A stretch of DNA of 55,186 nt from a virus. Its lineage: Duplodnaviria > Caudoviricetes. The translations under genes and the position numbers were made by a program. Shown piece by piece: positions 26,379 through 36,877 of this stretch. Within the stretch, counting starts at the first letter, position 1. The number at the start of each line of letters is the position of its first letter. Location: positions 1 through 55,186 of IMG/VR virus record IMGVR_UViG_3300037587_000342; one strand, given 5' to 3'. Below the pieces are notes generated by a model. That model was not told where the DNA came from, did not search any database, and worked only from the letters and a program-made list of their open reading frames with translations.

Positions 26379-27044
26379 ATGGCGAAGGCGTTCTCGGCTG
26401 CGCTGCTCGCCGCGAAGAACGAGCACCACTCAGGGAATCCGATGGTGCGGCTCTATAGGATCCGACGTGACACGACGCCAGCGAACGACCTCTTCCTGGC
26501 CGACTATCACGAGGACCTGAGCTACGACCCCAACGACGGTGGTGGCGTGCGTACCTGGCTCAAGTTCTGGTTCCAGATGCAGCCGCAGACCGAGCAGCGC
26601 GGCGACATGACCGAGCAGAAGATCACGGTCAGCAACGTCGATCGGCAGATCGCTGACTTCGTGACGGCCGGCGAGATCAAGGGGCAGCGCACGGACATCC
26701 TGCTCGTGAGTCTGCGCGACCTAGCCATAGCTGGGCACCACGACAAGATCAGCGGCGTCGTGCGCGATGTGACGCTGGACGAGCAGGGAGCGACGTTCAC
26801 GCTCGGCAGCTTCCCGTTCCTGAGTTGGATGTTTCCCGGCGATCGCTACTACCGGGACCGCTGCCACTTCCCCTATGAGGGCGGCACCAACCCGACGACG
26901 GACGGGCGCTGCGGGGCGATCGATGTGAGCGAGACGTGCGACAAGAGCCTTGAGGGCGCAGGCGGCTGCGCGGGCAGGAACAACGAACAGAACTTCGGTG
27001 GGAAGCCGAACCTGCTGGTCGGGCCTCACCCGTTGCTCCCATGA
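26379..27044 (+). CDS. Minor tail protein L-like
   Basis: ITVSNV, C...Y...CG...CDKSL..C..RNN..NFGG. Confidence 0.85.
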   Translation: MAKAFSAALLAAKNEHHSGNPMVRLYRIRRDTTPANDLFLADYHEDLSYDPNDGGGVRTWLKFWFQMQPQTEQRGDMTEQKITVSNVDRQIADFVTAGEIKGQRTDILLVSLRDLAIAGHHDKISGVVRDVTLDEQGATFTLGSFPFLSWMFPGDRYYRDRCHFPYEGGTNPTTDGRCGAIDVSETCDKSLEGAGGCAGRNNEQNFGGKPNLLVGPHPLLP

Positions 27045-27283
27045 CGACAATCGACATCCCTCAAGCCCGACCAGATGACGTGTGGCTCACGGACCCAGGT
27101 CCGCTGTGGCGCGGTGCCATGCTCGACGGCAAGCGGAGCGCGATAGTGAGTTGCGACAAGGGCCACGCGGCCTACCTGGCTCACGAGATCGCCGCTGACG
27201 GCAAGCTGACCCCGAGCCTGATCTGTCCCGAGAAGGGCTGCGGGTGGCACGTCTGGGCCAAGCTGGTGGGGTGGACCCCATGA
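27041..27283 (+). CDS. Small Cys/His protein, DUF6527-like (tentative)
   Basis: C..GH...HEI..DG.LTPSLIC...GCGWHVW. Confidence 0.55.
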   Translation: MTTIDIPQARPDDVWLTDPGPLWRGAMLDGKRSAIVSCDKGHAAYLAHEIAADGKLTPSLICPEKGCGWHVWAKLVGWTP

Positions 27284-27717
27284 CTGTCGCTACCAGCCAC
27301 AGGGCCGATGTCGCTGAACTGCTGCGCCTTCCCTACGTCGAGGGCGGCCGGATGGTGGATGGTCAACTCCCCTCGGGCGGTCTGGACTGCTGGGGCTTCG
27401 TGGTGGAGTTCAGACGCCGTCAGGGGCTCTGGACGCCTGATCCCTGGGCGGACGGTCTCTTCGGTTGCGATGCGGACCCTGACGGGCTTCCTGGCGACCT
27501 GACCGTTGCACTGGTGCGGCTCGAGGCTCCGCAACCCTTCTGCTGTGTCCAGCTTCGCTCCGACTGGGTTGGGGGGCACGCCGGGATCTGGCTGCCGAAC
27601 AGCACGCTTGCCCACCTCGGCCGCAAGGGGGCGTGGGAGGAACGCTGGCACAAGGTCGTGGGCCGGCATGGCCGGGTGCTGGGGATCTTCGACTTCGACC
27701 AGGAGCTTGCACCGTGA
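27280..27717 (+). CDS. NlpC/P60 tail assembly peptidase (gpK-like, no JAB domain)
   Basis: LPY..GGR..GLDCWGFV, HAGIW, AH. Confidence 0.85.
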   Translation: MTVATSHRADVAELLRLPYVEGGRMVDGQLPSGGLDCWGFVVEFRRRQGLWTPDPWADGLFGCDADPDGLPGDLTVALVRLEAPQPFCCVQLRSDWVGGHAGIWLPNSTLAHLGRKGAWEERWHKVVGRHGRVLGIFDFDQELAP

Positions 27718-30503
27718 GTTGCGCAGTGATCCGTCGGACCCTGGTGCACGATCCGCTCCGCGGCGAGCAGGGCCGCGAGATCGACACGATCCCGTTCGGT
27801 GCTGGGATGACGCTGGCCGACGCACTGCCCGTAGCCTGCTTCGAGCCCGGTATCCCGCTTGATCGACTCGCCATCTCCCACAACGGCGGGATCGTGCTGC
27901 GGCCCGACTGGGCCACGGTCCAACTCGGACCTGGCGACCACGTCGGTGGTCAGATTCTTCCAGGCGACCCGGGCACGCTGATCATCACGGCCATCACCGT
28001 CGTCATCAGCGCGTGGCAGATCTACGACGCGACACGACGCGCGAAGATCCAGGGCCACCATGCAGCGCGGCGCGCGGCGTCTCGAGCCAAGCAGATGCAG
28101 GACTCACCGACCTACGGGTTCGGTGGCATCGTCAACGTCGTCAACCCTGGTGGCCCGATCCAGGTGCTTGTTGGCCGTCACAAGGTCGGCGGTCAGGTCA
28201 TCATGGGCGAGCCGCAGGGCGGCACGATCGGCATGAAGATCGGGATCTCCGAGGGCCGTTGCCACGGCTACGAGTCGGGCAGCGCCGAAATCAACGGCAA
28301 GCCGATCAGCAAGTACCCGAACGTCAACATCTTGAGCGCACCCGGCATCGACGCCGGCACCAGCTTCGGCAACCTCTTCTCGATCGGTGGCTCGTTGGTG
28401 ATGCAGGCGGGCCTGACCTCGGGCATCCCGCCGCTGGGCACAGGGGTCAACAGCCTGGTTACGGGTGGGCAGAACGCCGGCGCGTACTGGTGGGGGAACG
28501 GAACGTTCTGGTCCGGCACCGGGGCCATCATCGGCAACGGCGTCACGAACCCGCTCTCGCAGACGAAGCCGACCGGCAACACGAGCGGGGCGGTCACTGG
28601 CGATATCGACGCATTCGCCACAAGCATCGCCATCAACAGCGGGGCCAGCGTGTTCAACCGGGCTGTCAACGGGACGGCGCTGCTGAGCTTCGATGTCGAG
28701 CACCGGACCCCGCAGGGTGGCGGGGCCTTCACCAGCACCGGCACGATGACCCTCGGGCCGTTCCGGGTGATCGGTGGCGCCTCACCCGGCGTCATCATCA
28801 GCAACATCTTCAAGAGCGGGCTGCTGGCGCTCGCTCCGTACGACGTGCGGGTCACGCTGAACGTCGGCAACAGTACGCTCGTGGCCGACGACGGCGCGGC
28901 CGTGACGCCGCACAACAACCTCGCCCTGTCGCTCCAGCCGCTTCTCGAGTTCCGGCAGTTCGACCGGACCAACCCAGGCCTCGCCGTGCTCGGTGTCCAG
29001 GGGATCCCCAGCGCAGCGGTCGGTGGCGTGCTGCCGAACGTGACCTCGATCTGGGAGGGCGTGCAGGTCGCGAATATCACAGCGGTCGGGCCACCGGGAA
29101 CGTTCGGCACGCCCACCTACACGTCGGCCACCATCGCCGGCTACACCCAGGGCCAGAACCCGGCGCTCGTCATCCTGCACATCCTGCGGAATCTGCGGTT
29201 CGGCGTGGGCGGTCAGCTGGACGAGAACGACGACATCGACCTACAGACATTCGTGGACTCTCGCGACTTCTGCGACGAGCTCGTGCCGCGAGGCCTGGGC
29301 ATCCAGACGACAGATGCACCTTTCGGAGCCGTGATCGAGAGCGGCAGCGGTGATGGCGATGTGTCGGCCGCCGACCAGTTCGACACCACCCAGGTCGGGG
29401 TGGACTTCACGGAGACGGTCAAGATCGATGACGTGATCCGGCTGACGAGCGGCTTGAACCAAGCCACGTATCGGGTCGGCTCCGTGATCGATGCCAACAG
29501 CCTCCGGCTCACCACCGCAACGGCACCGTTCCAGACGGTGACGCTCACCATCGAAAGCGGCATTGACTGGGAGATACAGGCGACAGAGCGGCGCAGCATC
29601 ATCGACTACTACTTCGACGGGGTCACGAACGTCTGGGATGCGGTCAGCGCGATCGCCAGGACGGCGCGGCTCGCCGTGGTGTGGACCTCAGGGAAGATCC
29701 AACTCGTGGCCGACGACGATCGTGGTGGCGTCATCGCGCAGCGGTTCCACATGGGCAACCTCGAGAAGTTCACCATGCAGATCACGGGGGAGCAGACGAG
29801 CAACCGGGTTGAGATCCAGTTCCTAGATGCCGCGAAGAACTGGGAGCAGGCTCTTGCCGAGTTCGAGGATCCGGACCAGCTGGCGAGCCGACTCCAGATC
29901 GTGCGAACCGGGCTTGAGGCCTACGGCATCACGCGCCGCTCGCAGGCGCTACGGCTCGCCAAGTACCACTGGATCAGCAACCGGCTCGAGCGCGTGGTGA
30001 TCGAGTTCGAGTGCGATGCGACCGCGCTGACCCTAGTGTGGGGCGACGTGCTTGAAGTGCTTCACGACGCAGTAGACACGGGTGCAGGTCGCACGCTGCC
30101 AAGCGGTCGCATCCGGGATGTCCAGGGCACAACACTCATCTTCGACGACTGGCACACGTTCCCGAGTTCGGAGGGTCAGAGGCTCATCATCCAGCGCAGC
30201 GACACCGACGCTTCGCACGTCATTCCGATCCCTGGCGGGCAGCAGGACCTCAAGACTGATCGGTTCACCGGGCTCACGTTCGGTGCCTATACGCCGGTTC
30301 CGGGCGACCTCTTCCACCAGCAGCTAGCGGTTATCGACTCGCCGTTGCCGAACCTCTACAAAGTAGTGAGCATCACGCTCACCGAAGACCACCGGCGAAA
30401 GATCCGGGCCGTCAAGCACAACCCGACCATGTTCAACTTCGATTCGCTCTCCGCTGGCGATTGGATTGAGAACGCGCCGCTCGCAGAGAGTGAGCCCGGA
30501 TGA
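27714..30503 (+). CDS. Tail tip/host specificity protein J-like with a gpI-like N-terminus
   Basis: SPTYGFGG, PI.V..G..KVGG, NPA.V, NRVEIQF.D, GIT..SQA.R, GDV.EV.H. Confidence 0.88.
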   Translation: MSCAVIRRTLVHDPLRGEQGREIDTIPFGAGMTLADALPVACFEPGIPLDRLAISHNGGIVLRPDWATVQLGPGDHVGGQILPGDPGTLIITAITVVISAWQIYDATRRAKIQGHHAARRAASRAKQMQDSPTYGFGGIVNVVNPGGPIQVLVGRHKVGGQVIMGEPQGGTIGMKIGISEGRCHGYESGSAEINGKPISKYPNVNILSAPGIDAGTSFGNLFSIGGSLVMQAGLTSGIPPLGTGVNSLVTGGQNAGAYWWGNGTFWSGTGAIIGNGVTNPLSQTKPTGNTSGAVTGDIDAFATSIAINSGASVFNRAVNGTALLSFDVEHRTPQGGGAFTSTGTMTLGPFRVIGGASPGVIISNIFKSGLLALAPYDVRVTLNVGNSTLVADDGAAVTPHNNLALSLQPLLEFRQFDRTNPGLAVLGVQGIPSAAVGGVLPNVTSIWEGVQVANITAVGPPGTFGTPTYTSATIAGYTQGQNPALVILHILRNLRFGVGGQLDENDDIDLQTFVDSRDFCDELVPRGLGIQTTDAPFGAVIESGSGDGDVSAADQFDTTQVGVDFTETVKIDDVIRLTSGLNQATYRVGSVIDANSLRLTTATAPFQTVTLTIESGIDWEIQATERRSIIDYYFDGVTNVWDAVSAIARTARLAVVWTSGKIQLVADDDRGGVIAQRFHMGNLEKFTMQITGEQTSNRVEIQFLDAAKNWEQALAEFEDPDQLASRLQIVRTGLEAYGITRRSQALRLAKYHWISNRLERVVIEFECDATALTLVWGDVLEVLHDAVDTGAGRTLPSGRIRDVQGTTLIFDDWHTFPSSEGQRLIIQRSDTDASHVIPIPGGQQDLKTDRFTGLTFGAYTPVPGDLFHQQLAVIDSPLPNLYKVVSITLTEDHRRKIRAVKHNPTMFNFDSLSAGDWIENAPLAESEPG

Positions 30504-31633
30504 GCCTCGGCGTACCGTTCGAGACGGGCGAGCTCAAGCAGCGGGACGGCGGCCCCGACAACGTCACCATTCCGGGGGCGGCGGTCAGCCAGCGCACCCA
30601 GTACGCGCCGGACAATCGCAAGGTGCCGCCCGAGCCGCGGCGCGCGATCGATGACGTAACGGGCGTGGCTGTGCCCAGCGCGAGCGACCTGTTCGCCGAT
30701 GCGCTCGGCGCGGTCCAGAACACCGTGCTCAGCCCAGATGGCTCGATCATGCACGGGGTACTTGTCTCGTTCACGCCCTCGAACTGGTGGGGCACCGCCT
30801 CGAGGTTCGATGTCTATGCGGCTGACGAGAGCGACTTCCCTGCCGACTGCTTCATCCGGATCGGCTCGATCCAGACGGAGCCAGGCAAGAGCTTCGATCA
30901 GTTCGTGCCGGCGCCGCAGCTGATCCGCGGCCGCACCTACACGATCGCTGTAGTGCCGGTGAACGCGGACGGCGCCGGCATCGAAGCCGAGGCCGCGCCT
31001 CAGGTCACGGGCGTCTCGTTCGGGGCGTCGGGCCAGGTACCGCCGGACGTGGCGGACTTCGATACGTTCGTGGACTGCTGCGACATCCTCTTCTCGTGGA
31101 CCCCGGTGACCTCGGTACGGAATGACGTGGCGTACTACGAGGTGCGCCAGGGCGCGAACTTCGCGGGCGGTGTCTTCATCGGCCGGGCCTGGGGCTGGAA
31201 CCAGGGCGCACTGCGAGTGCCGATCGGTCAGGTGCCGAACGCGCTGTCAGCACCGGACAACGAGTTCCACATGAAGGCGTTCACCCAACTCGGAGCAGAG
31301 AGCGCGGCCGAAGACAGCGACACGCTCACCACGATCCAGATCAACAACCTCCAGGCCTACTGCTGCACCAAGGTCCGTGAGATCACGCCGACGCCTGGGC
31401 TCGACACGGTCGCGATCACGAATCTTGCCCCGACGCCGGCAGGCCTCCAGCCGAACGTCAACATCGGTGCCGGCGCTGGCAACCCTGGCCCGAACGGCGT
31501 GCTGCGCGGCGCGATCGTCCCCACGAGCTTCACGCCCAACGGCAGCCGCTGGGACTACAGCGTGGTACTCAGCGACATCGCCATCTCGGGCGATCGGATC
31601 TACGTCACTGAGGGAGTGAGGTTGGCGGTCTAG
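30500..31633 (+). CDS. Tail protein with fibronectin type III-like domains
   Basis: YTIAVVPVN..G, PPDVADF, SWTPV, YYEVRQG. Confidence 0.7.
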   Translation: MSLGVPFETGELKQRDGGPDNVTIPGAAVSQRTQYAPDNRKVPPEPRRAIDDVTGVAVPSASDLFADALGAVQNTVLSPDGSIMHGVLVSFTPSNWWGTASRFDVYAADESDFPADCFIRIGSIQTEPGKSFDQFVPAPQLIRGRTYTIAVVPVNADGAGIEAEAAPQVTGVSFGASGQVPPDVADFDTFVDCCDILFSWTPVTSVRNDVAYYEVRQGANFAGGVFIGRAWGWNQGALRVPIGQVPNALSAPDNEFHMKAFTQLGAESAAEDSDTLTTIQINNLQAYCCTKVREITPTPGLDTVAITNLAPTPAGLQPNVNIGAGAGNPGPNGVLRGAIVPTSFTPNGSRWDYSVVLSDIAISGDRIYVTEGVRLAV

Positions 31634-34240
31634 ATGGCGGTACAGACTACCTGGGACCGGATCCGCAACGTCCAGACGGCGAACCCGACGTGGAGCGTGC
31701 TGCTCGACGCTGGCAACATCTCGGCCGCAAATCACGACTTCAACATCTACGCCGACGATCCCGCCATCGGCACGCACGCGCTCCGAGTCCGCGTCAACGC
31801 AGGGACGCCGAACGTCGATGTTGAATCGCTAGCCGCAGGCACGAAGAACCTCGGCGTCGCCACGAACCCGTGGACGAACGTGCAGACCCAGAACCTCGCG
31901 CTGGTCGGTACGAGTAGCGGGGTACTGACCCTCAAGGCACCGGCAGTTGTAACCAGCTATACGGCGACCTGGCCGACCGCGGTGGGTGCAGCAAACACAG
32001 TGCTGGCCGATACAGCCGGATCTGGCATGCTCTCGTGGGCCACGCTGGCCGGTCTCGGTGGAGTGACAGGGAGCGGAGCAGCAAACCGCGTCACCTACTG
32101 GACGGGTTCGAACACGATCAGCGGCGCGGCCAACTTCCAATTCGACGGGACGAATGTTCGTGCCGCAGTAGGGTTGCAGGTCGGAGGTACTGCAGAGTCG
32201 CTTGCCACAGGCACCCTGTTCGTTGGCGAGGCGCATGGAACCCCGGTAGCTGGAGCGCGAGTCATATTCGGCGAAACGGTCACGACCGCGGAGAGCGCCG
32301 AGCCCTATATCCAGCAGAGCAGCGACGGGCATTTTGTTGCCGCTGGTGTTGTTCAGGATCTCGGGCTCTACGCGCCCAGCACGGGCGGCAGCATCGTTTT
32401 CTATACGACGGGAATTGCGCGCTGGGCGGTACGCGGCAGCAGTCAGGGCCATCTGTTGCCGATCGCCACCAACACCTACGACATCGGCTCCACGACGTTG
32501 GCGGTACGGGCGGTCTATACGCGCGCCCTCCAACCCGATACTGGGCAGACCCTCAGCCTCAACCGCAGCGGCGGCTCGACTTGGGCTAGCCTGACAACGG
32601 GCGCGACGAACATAGGGATTTCGACGGTGTTCCTTGACAACGTGATCTTCCAACTGGGGACCGGTGGGGCCGACAGTGCGCTTGACTGGAGCACGGCTCA
32701 GACGAACGACGGCATCGTGTGGGCCACTACCGTCAACTCTTCCAGTGGGTCTGGGAACTTCGTCTTCACCGCATTCGCCAATCGGGACACCAACCACGCC
32801 TACGTGGTCAGCCCCGATCCTCGCCTCTACCTCGCGAGCGCCACGACGCCGGGAACGAACTGGTGGAGCATCCACCACGACGCGACCAACGCGCGGTACG
32901 GTCGAGGCGCAGGCGTCCACGTCTTCGACTCCACCATTCGGACCACGCCCGGCACGGTCTCCCTCCCCGCCTACTCGTTCGATGGTGACGAGGACACCGG
33001 CATGTACCGGGTCGGCACGAACCTGCTCGGCTTCGCGACGACTGGACTGGTGCGGTGGACGATCGACAGCCTCGGTGATCTCTCGCCCGGCATCACCGCC
33101 ACCTACGATATTGGCACCACAATTCTTGCCGTGGCCGACATTCACACGACGCGGCTTCTCTTCAAGGGCACCACCGCCGGCCTACTCACGATGGCGGTGC
33201 CGACAACGGTCACCTCCTACACCGTGACATGGCCCAGCGCCCAAGCGTCGGGCGCACAGTTCCTTCGGAACAACGGAGCCGGCGTCCTGTCCTGGGCAAC
33301 AGTGCTGGTGCCTTCCGACATCGGGAGCACGGTGCAGGCTTTCGATGTCGTCCTGGAGGATCTGGCCGCACTGTCGGTTGTGGCTGATAACGAGTTCATC
33401 GTAGGTACTGGCGCAGGCGTGTATGCCCACGAGAGCGGAGCAACGGCCCGGACAAGCCTCGGAGTAGCTATCGGTAGCGATGTGCAGGCATGGGGCGCTG
33501 CTCTCGACGACCTGAGTGCGTTGGGTGCGCCAGGCTCGGCAGACCTGTTCATCGTGTCCACGGGGATCGGCGTCTTCGCTTACGAGTCCGGTGCGACTGC
33601 GCGAACCTCTATGGGTGCCGCGGCAACAGTCCACTCCCACGCTGCAAGCGACATCACCAGCGGCACCATGGCCGTAGCTCGAGGCGGTACGAACATCGGC
33701 AGCTACACCATCGGGGACATCCTGTACGCCAGTGCTGCGGGCGTGCTCTCGAAGCTGGCGGCGGGAACCGCGACGTACGCCCTGACCAGCAACGGCGCGG
33801 GCGTTGCCCCCAGTTGGCAAGCCATCCCTTCGGGTGTCGGCACCAGCGGCACGCCCGTCAACAATCAGGTCGCGATCTTCACGGATGCCAACACGATCGA
33901 GGGCGTCTCTGCTCTGACCTGGGACGGCACCATACTCAACGCGGATGGTGGCCTTCTCGTCAACGCTGCCGGCGCTGACCGTGACTCTCGGATCGCGGGC
34001 GACACGCTCACCCACATGCTCTACCTGGAAGGCAACGCGGCGAGCGAGAACATCGCGCTACTCGCCGCGGGCCTCCCGAGCTGGAACAGCGGGGACCGCA
34101 TCATGTTCCTCGGGGGCATGACCACAGAACCCATCGGCAACCCTTCGGGCGGCTGCTACCTCTGGTTCAACACCTCTAGCAACAAGCTCAAGGCGCGACT
34201 GCCGAACGGTGACATCATCGAGATTGCGGGACCGGTCTAG
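31634..34240 (+). CDS. Tail fibre/receptor-binding protein
   Basis: G/T/S/A-rich with duplicated modules (SYT.TWP..G.LSW; YDIG.T; VQA...L.DL..ESGATARTS). Confidence 0.85.
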   Translation: MAVQTTWDRIRNVQTANPTWSVLLDAGNISAANHDFNIYADDPAIGTHALRVRVNAGTPNVDVESLAAGTKNLGVATNPWTNVQTQNLALVGTSSGVLTLKAPAVVTSYTATWPTAVGAANTVLADTAGSGMLSWATLAGLGGVTGSGAANRVTYWTGSNTISGAANFQFDGTNVRAAVGLQVGGTAESLATGTLFVGEAHGTPVAGARVIFGETVTTAESAEPYIQQSSDGHFVAAGVVQDLGLYAPSTGGSIVFYTTGIARWAVRGSSQGHLLPIATNTYDIGSTTLAVRAVYTRALQPDTGQTLSLNRSGGSTWASLTTGATNIGISTVFLDNVIFQLGTGGADSALDWSTAQTNDGIVWATTVNSSSGSGNFVFTAFANRDTNHAYVVSPDPRLYLASATTPGTNWWSIHHDATNARYGRGAGVHVFDSTIRTTPGTVSLPAYSFDGDEDTGMYRVGTNLLGFATTGLVRWTIDSLGDLSPGITATYDIGTTILAVADIHTTRLLFKGTTAGLLTMAVPTTVTSYTVTWPSAQASGAQFLRNNGAGVLSWATVLVPSDIGSTVQAFDVVLEDLAALSVVADNEFIVGTGAGVYAHESGATARTSLGVAIGSDVQAWGAALDDLSALGAPGSADLFIVSTGIGVFAYESGATARTSMGAAATVHSHAASDITSGTMAVARGGTNIGSYTIGDILYASAAGVLSKLAAGTATYALTSNGAGVAPSWQAIPSGVGTSGTPVNNQVAIFTDANTIEGVSALTWDGTILNADGGLLVNAAGADRDSRIAGDTLTHMLYLEGNAASENIALLAAGLPSWNSGDRIMFLGGMTTEPIGNPSGGCYLWFNTSSNKLKARLPNGDIIEIAGPV

Positions 34241-34572
34241 TGGCGACGGTTGACTACGCGCGGCTCATCCCGAAAGCCTGGGTCAACTTCACTGGCTCGG
34301 GCGTGGTGGCGATCAAGGATGACGAGAACGTTGCGAGCATCACCGACCATGGTGTGGGGCTCTACACGATCAACTTCATCGACAGCTTCGCGGCTGCGGA
34401 CTACTGCTACGTGAGCATGGCCCGCGACTCCGTGAATAACGTTTGTGTCTCTGGAGAGGTATCAGTAGCGGCTACGTCGTCGTCGCACCGGATCCGAGTG
34501 GTCGTCAACGAAAACGGTGTGTTGCTCGACCCCGAAGATGCTTGTCTAGCCTATCTTGGAGCCTTGGCCTGA
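34240..34572 (+). CDS. Tail fibre tip-like protein
   Basis: KAWVNF.G...NVASITD.G.G.YTINF. Confidence 0.75.
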   Translation: MATVDYARLIPKAWVNFTGSGVVAIKDDENVASITDHGVGLYTINFIDSFAAADYCYVSMARDSVNNVCVSGEVSVAATSSSHRIRVVVNENGVLLDPEDACLAYLGALA

Positions 34573-35090
34573 TGCCTAGCGGCCTCATCAGGATCGTGTT
34601 CGAGCGGCCCGACGGCGGCGTGAGCATTGACACGCCGATTGCTAGGATTGCGGGAAGCGCCGAGGCGCTCGCTGCTCACATCGCCCGAATAGAGACAACG
34701 AACGGTATCCCGGGCACGGGCGGGACGATCGACCTCAAGTGGAGGCATCGCGCCACGATCACGGTGGCCGAGTTGCCGAGTTCTCGGCCAGGCCAGAGCC
34801 GAAAGCTCCGTAACGCTTGGCGCTGGACCGGGACTGCGGTCGAAACGGATGTACCGGCAGGCCGCGCGGTGATCCTCGCGGCACTCCGAGCCGAACGAGC
34901 CCGCCGGCTCCTGAACAGCGACGGGAAGCTGGTCCGCGCCAATGAGGTAGAGCCCGCCATGGTGCCGGCCTGGAAAGCCTATCGACAAGAGTTGCGCGAC
35001 TTGCCTAGTGTGGTCGAGACAATCATTGCGGTCATCGCGGACGCTGTGGCGCTGGAAGCCTACGCGCCCGATTGGCCCCAGAGCCCCTGA
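34572..35090 (+). CDS. Tail fibre assembly chaperone
   Basis: RNAW, LR.ER...L..SD, WKAYRQELRDLP, WP..P. Confidence 0.8.
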   Translation: MPSGLIRIVFERPDGGVSIDTPIARIAGSAEALAAHIARIETTNGIPGTGGTIDLKWRHRATITVAELPSSRPGQSRKLRNAWRWTGTAVETDVPAGRAVILAALRAERARRLLNSDGKLVRANEVEPAMVPAWKAYRQELRDLPSVVETIIAVIADAVALEAYAPDWPQSP

Positions 35091-35101
35091 CAGGAGACAC
35101 G

Positions 35102-35449
35102 ATGCAGGTCACGCTAGAGATCCCCGACGCTTCGGCATCCGCACTCCGCGATGAGTACCGCCGACGGCTGGGTAACCAGTTCCCGCAGGTCAAGGTCGAA
35201 GACCCTGGTCCCAAGGGTACGGTCATCATTCGCCACGAAGACGATCCCGACGTGGATCCGCTCGTGCTGTGGCTGGAGGACTTCGCAGAGAACGAGGTGA
35301 TCGCAGCCGACATGACGGCAGCGCGGCAGGCAGCGGACGCGGCCGAAGACGACGACGCCCGCAAGGATGCGCTGCTGGCGGCAGACAACGCGGAGCGCGC
35401 GAAGGTGGCGGTCAACCGAAGTCGGCAACTGCGAGGCGCGCAGAAGTAG
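35102..35449 (+). CDS. Hypothetical protein
   Basis: AGGAG RBS. Confidence 0.7.
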   Translation: MQVTLEIPDASASALRDEYRRRLGNQFPQVKVEDPGPKGTVIIRHEDDPDVDPLVLWLEDFAENEVIAADMTAARQAADAAEDDDARKDALLAADNAERAKVAVNRSRQLRGAQK

Positions 35450-35757
35450 TGGCGACCACGCCCGAGAAGATCATTGCCGCGACGCGCTCGGCGCTGCCGG
35501 GCACGGCCATCGACATGTCGGGCGACTCGATCCGGTTCAAGACGCTGGCGGGTAACACGGTGTTCACGATCTCGAATCCGTTGCTCGATCGGGTTGTCGT
35601 CGTCGAGCTGGACGGCGTCTTCACGGTCGCGCTGCCGGGCACGGTGGACGTGGTGAACGGTGACTACCTCCCGAACCTGGGGAAGAACTACCTGTACCTC
35701 CATTGCGTCGATGCTGTAGCGCCCGCCTACGTCGGGACCTGGAGCACCGGGGTATGA
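35449..35757 (+). CDS. Hypothetical (probable virion) protein
   Basis: TAGTG coupling; beta-rich. Confidence 0.65.
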   Translation: MATTPEKIIAATRSALPGTAIDMSGDSIRFKTLAGNTVFTISNPLLDRVVVVELDGVFTVALPGTVDVVNGDYLPNLGKNYLYLHCVDAVAPAYVGTWSTGV

Positions 35758-36671
35758 CCGTCCAGCCGCCAGCGATCAAAGGCGCGATGGCCAACACCGT
35801 CTACGCCAGCCACAAGTCGCTCACGTTCGACGGGATCCAGGAGTGGATGGCCAACTTCAACCTGTTTGGGATCTCGACGTTCCCGATTCGGCGCTTCAAC
35901 CCTGTCACCGTCAGCATGTGGGTCAAGAGCACGAAGGCGCTCGCGCCCAACAACGCCCACCAGACCATCGTGGGTCGGTGGTTCCCGACGTTCGGCGGCG
36001 GCCTCGCGATCAACGAGGGCGGCTGGCGCTGGATGATCAACGATATCGCGACGGGGCCAGGCACTAGGCCGCTGCACTTCCACCTCTGCACTCACTTCCT
36101 GAACGGCCTGTGGATCTACTCGAACGTCGATTTCCCGCTGAACCAATGGGTCCACGTCTGCATGACCTACGCGGGCCTCGGGGTCGCCGCGGGGTTGCGC
36201 ATGTATTGGGATGGACAGCCGGTAGCAACCTCAACGATCGGCACTACCACGTGGACCACTTCCGCTCTCAACTCCAACGCCTTCTCGAGCCTCCTGTGGG
36301 GCACGCAATACACGGTTTGGCCCACCGGCCCGGCCGTCCCGGTTGTGCCCCCCATCCTCACGTGGTTCTTCGAGGGACTGATGGACGAGTCTGCGTTCTG
36401 GCGATTCGAGTTGAACGCAACCGAGGTGCTGGACCTCTACAACGGAGGCCATCCGGCCGATCCGTTGCACGTCGGCTTGGCCAACGGGAGGACCGTCGAT
36501 CGCTACTTCCGAATGGGGGAGCACACCGACGGGACGCCCTTCGTTCTGCCGGGCAGCAGCATTAGCTGGGACCGCATGCCCATCTCGCCACCAGCGACCC
36601 TCTCCAACGGCTTCTGGAACAACGACGGGGCGACGCCCCCGCTGCGGGTGAGTGAGGACGTGGCGCCATGA
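35754..36671 (+). CDS. LamG/concanavalin A-like domain protein
   Basis: TVSMWVK, QWVHVCMTY, MYWDG, FEGLMDE.AFW...L...EV..LY. Confidence 0.88.
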   Translation: MTVQPPAIKGAMANTVYASHKSLTFDGIQEWMANFNLFGISTFPIRRFNPVTVSMWVKSTKALAPNNAHQTIVGRWFPTFGGGLAINEGGWRWMINDIATGPGTRPLHFHLCTHFLNGLWIYSNVDFPLNQWVHVCMTYAGLGVAAGLRMYWDGQPVATSTIGTTTWTTSALNSNAFSSLLWGTQYTVWPTGPAVPVVPPILTWFFEGLMDESAFWRFELNATEVLDLYNGGHPADPLHVGLANGRTVDRYFRMGEHTDGTPFVLPGSSISWDRMPISPPATLSNGFWNNDGATPPLRVSEDVAP

Positions 36672-36877
36672 GGTACTTCCGGCAGAGCGAGGAGCCGACG
36701 CGGGAGCAATTGGCGCAGATCAGTAGCGAGGTGCGGACGCTGGCTATCCCCAACGACGCCGTCTACATCACGGTCGAGGACGATGATGAGGAGCTACCGA
36801 ACTGGCTGCAAGCGGCCGAGGTGCTGAATGTGCCGGGTGAGCCCGCGCGCTGCAGGAATTGTGGGGCATTGATCTAG
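36668..36877 (+). CDS. Hypothetical protein
   Basis: ATGA overlap; CRNC. Confidence 0.55.
   Translation: MRYFRQSEEPTREQLAQISSEVRTLAIPNDAVYITVEDDDEELPNWLQAAEVLNVPGEPARCRNCGALI

Noticed and set aside
31634-36671. Diversity-generating retroelement or invertible tail-fibre cassette
   Set aside because: No reverse transcriptase or invertase, and fibre duplications are not adenine-specific TR/VR pairs.
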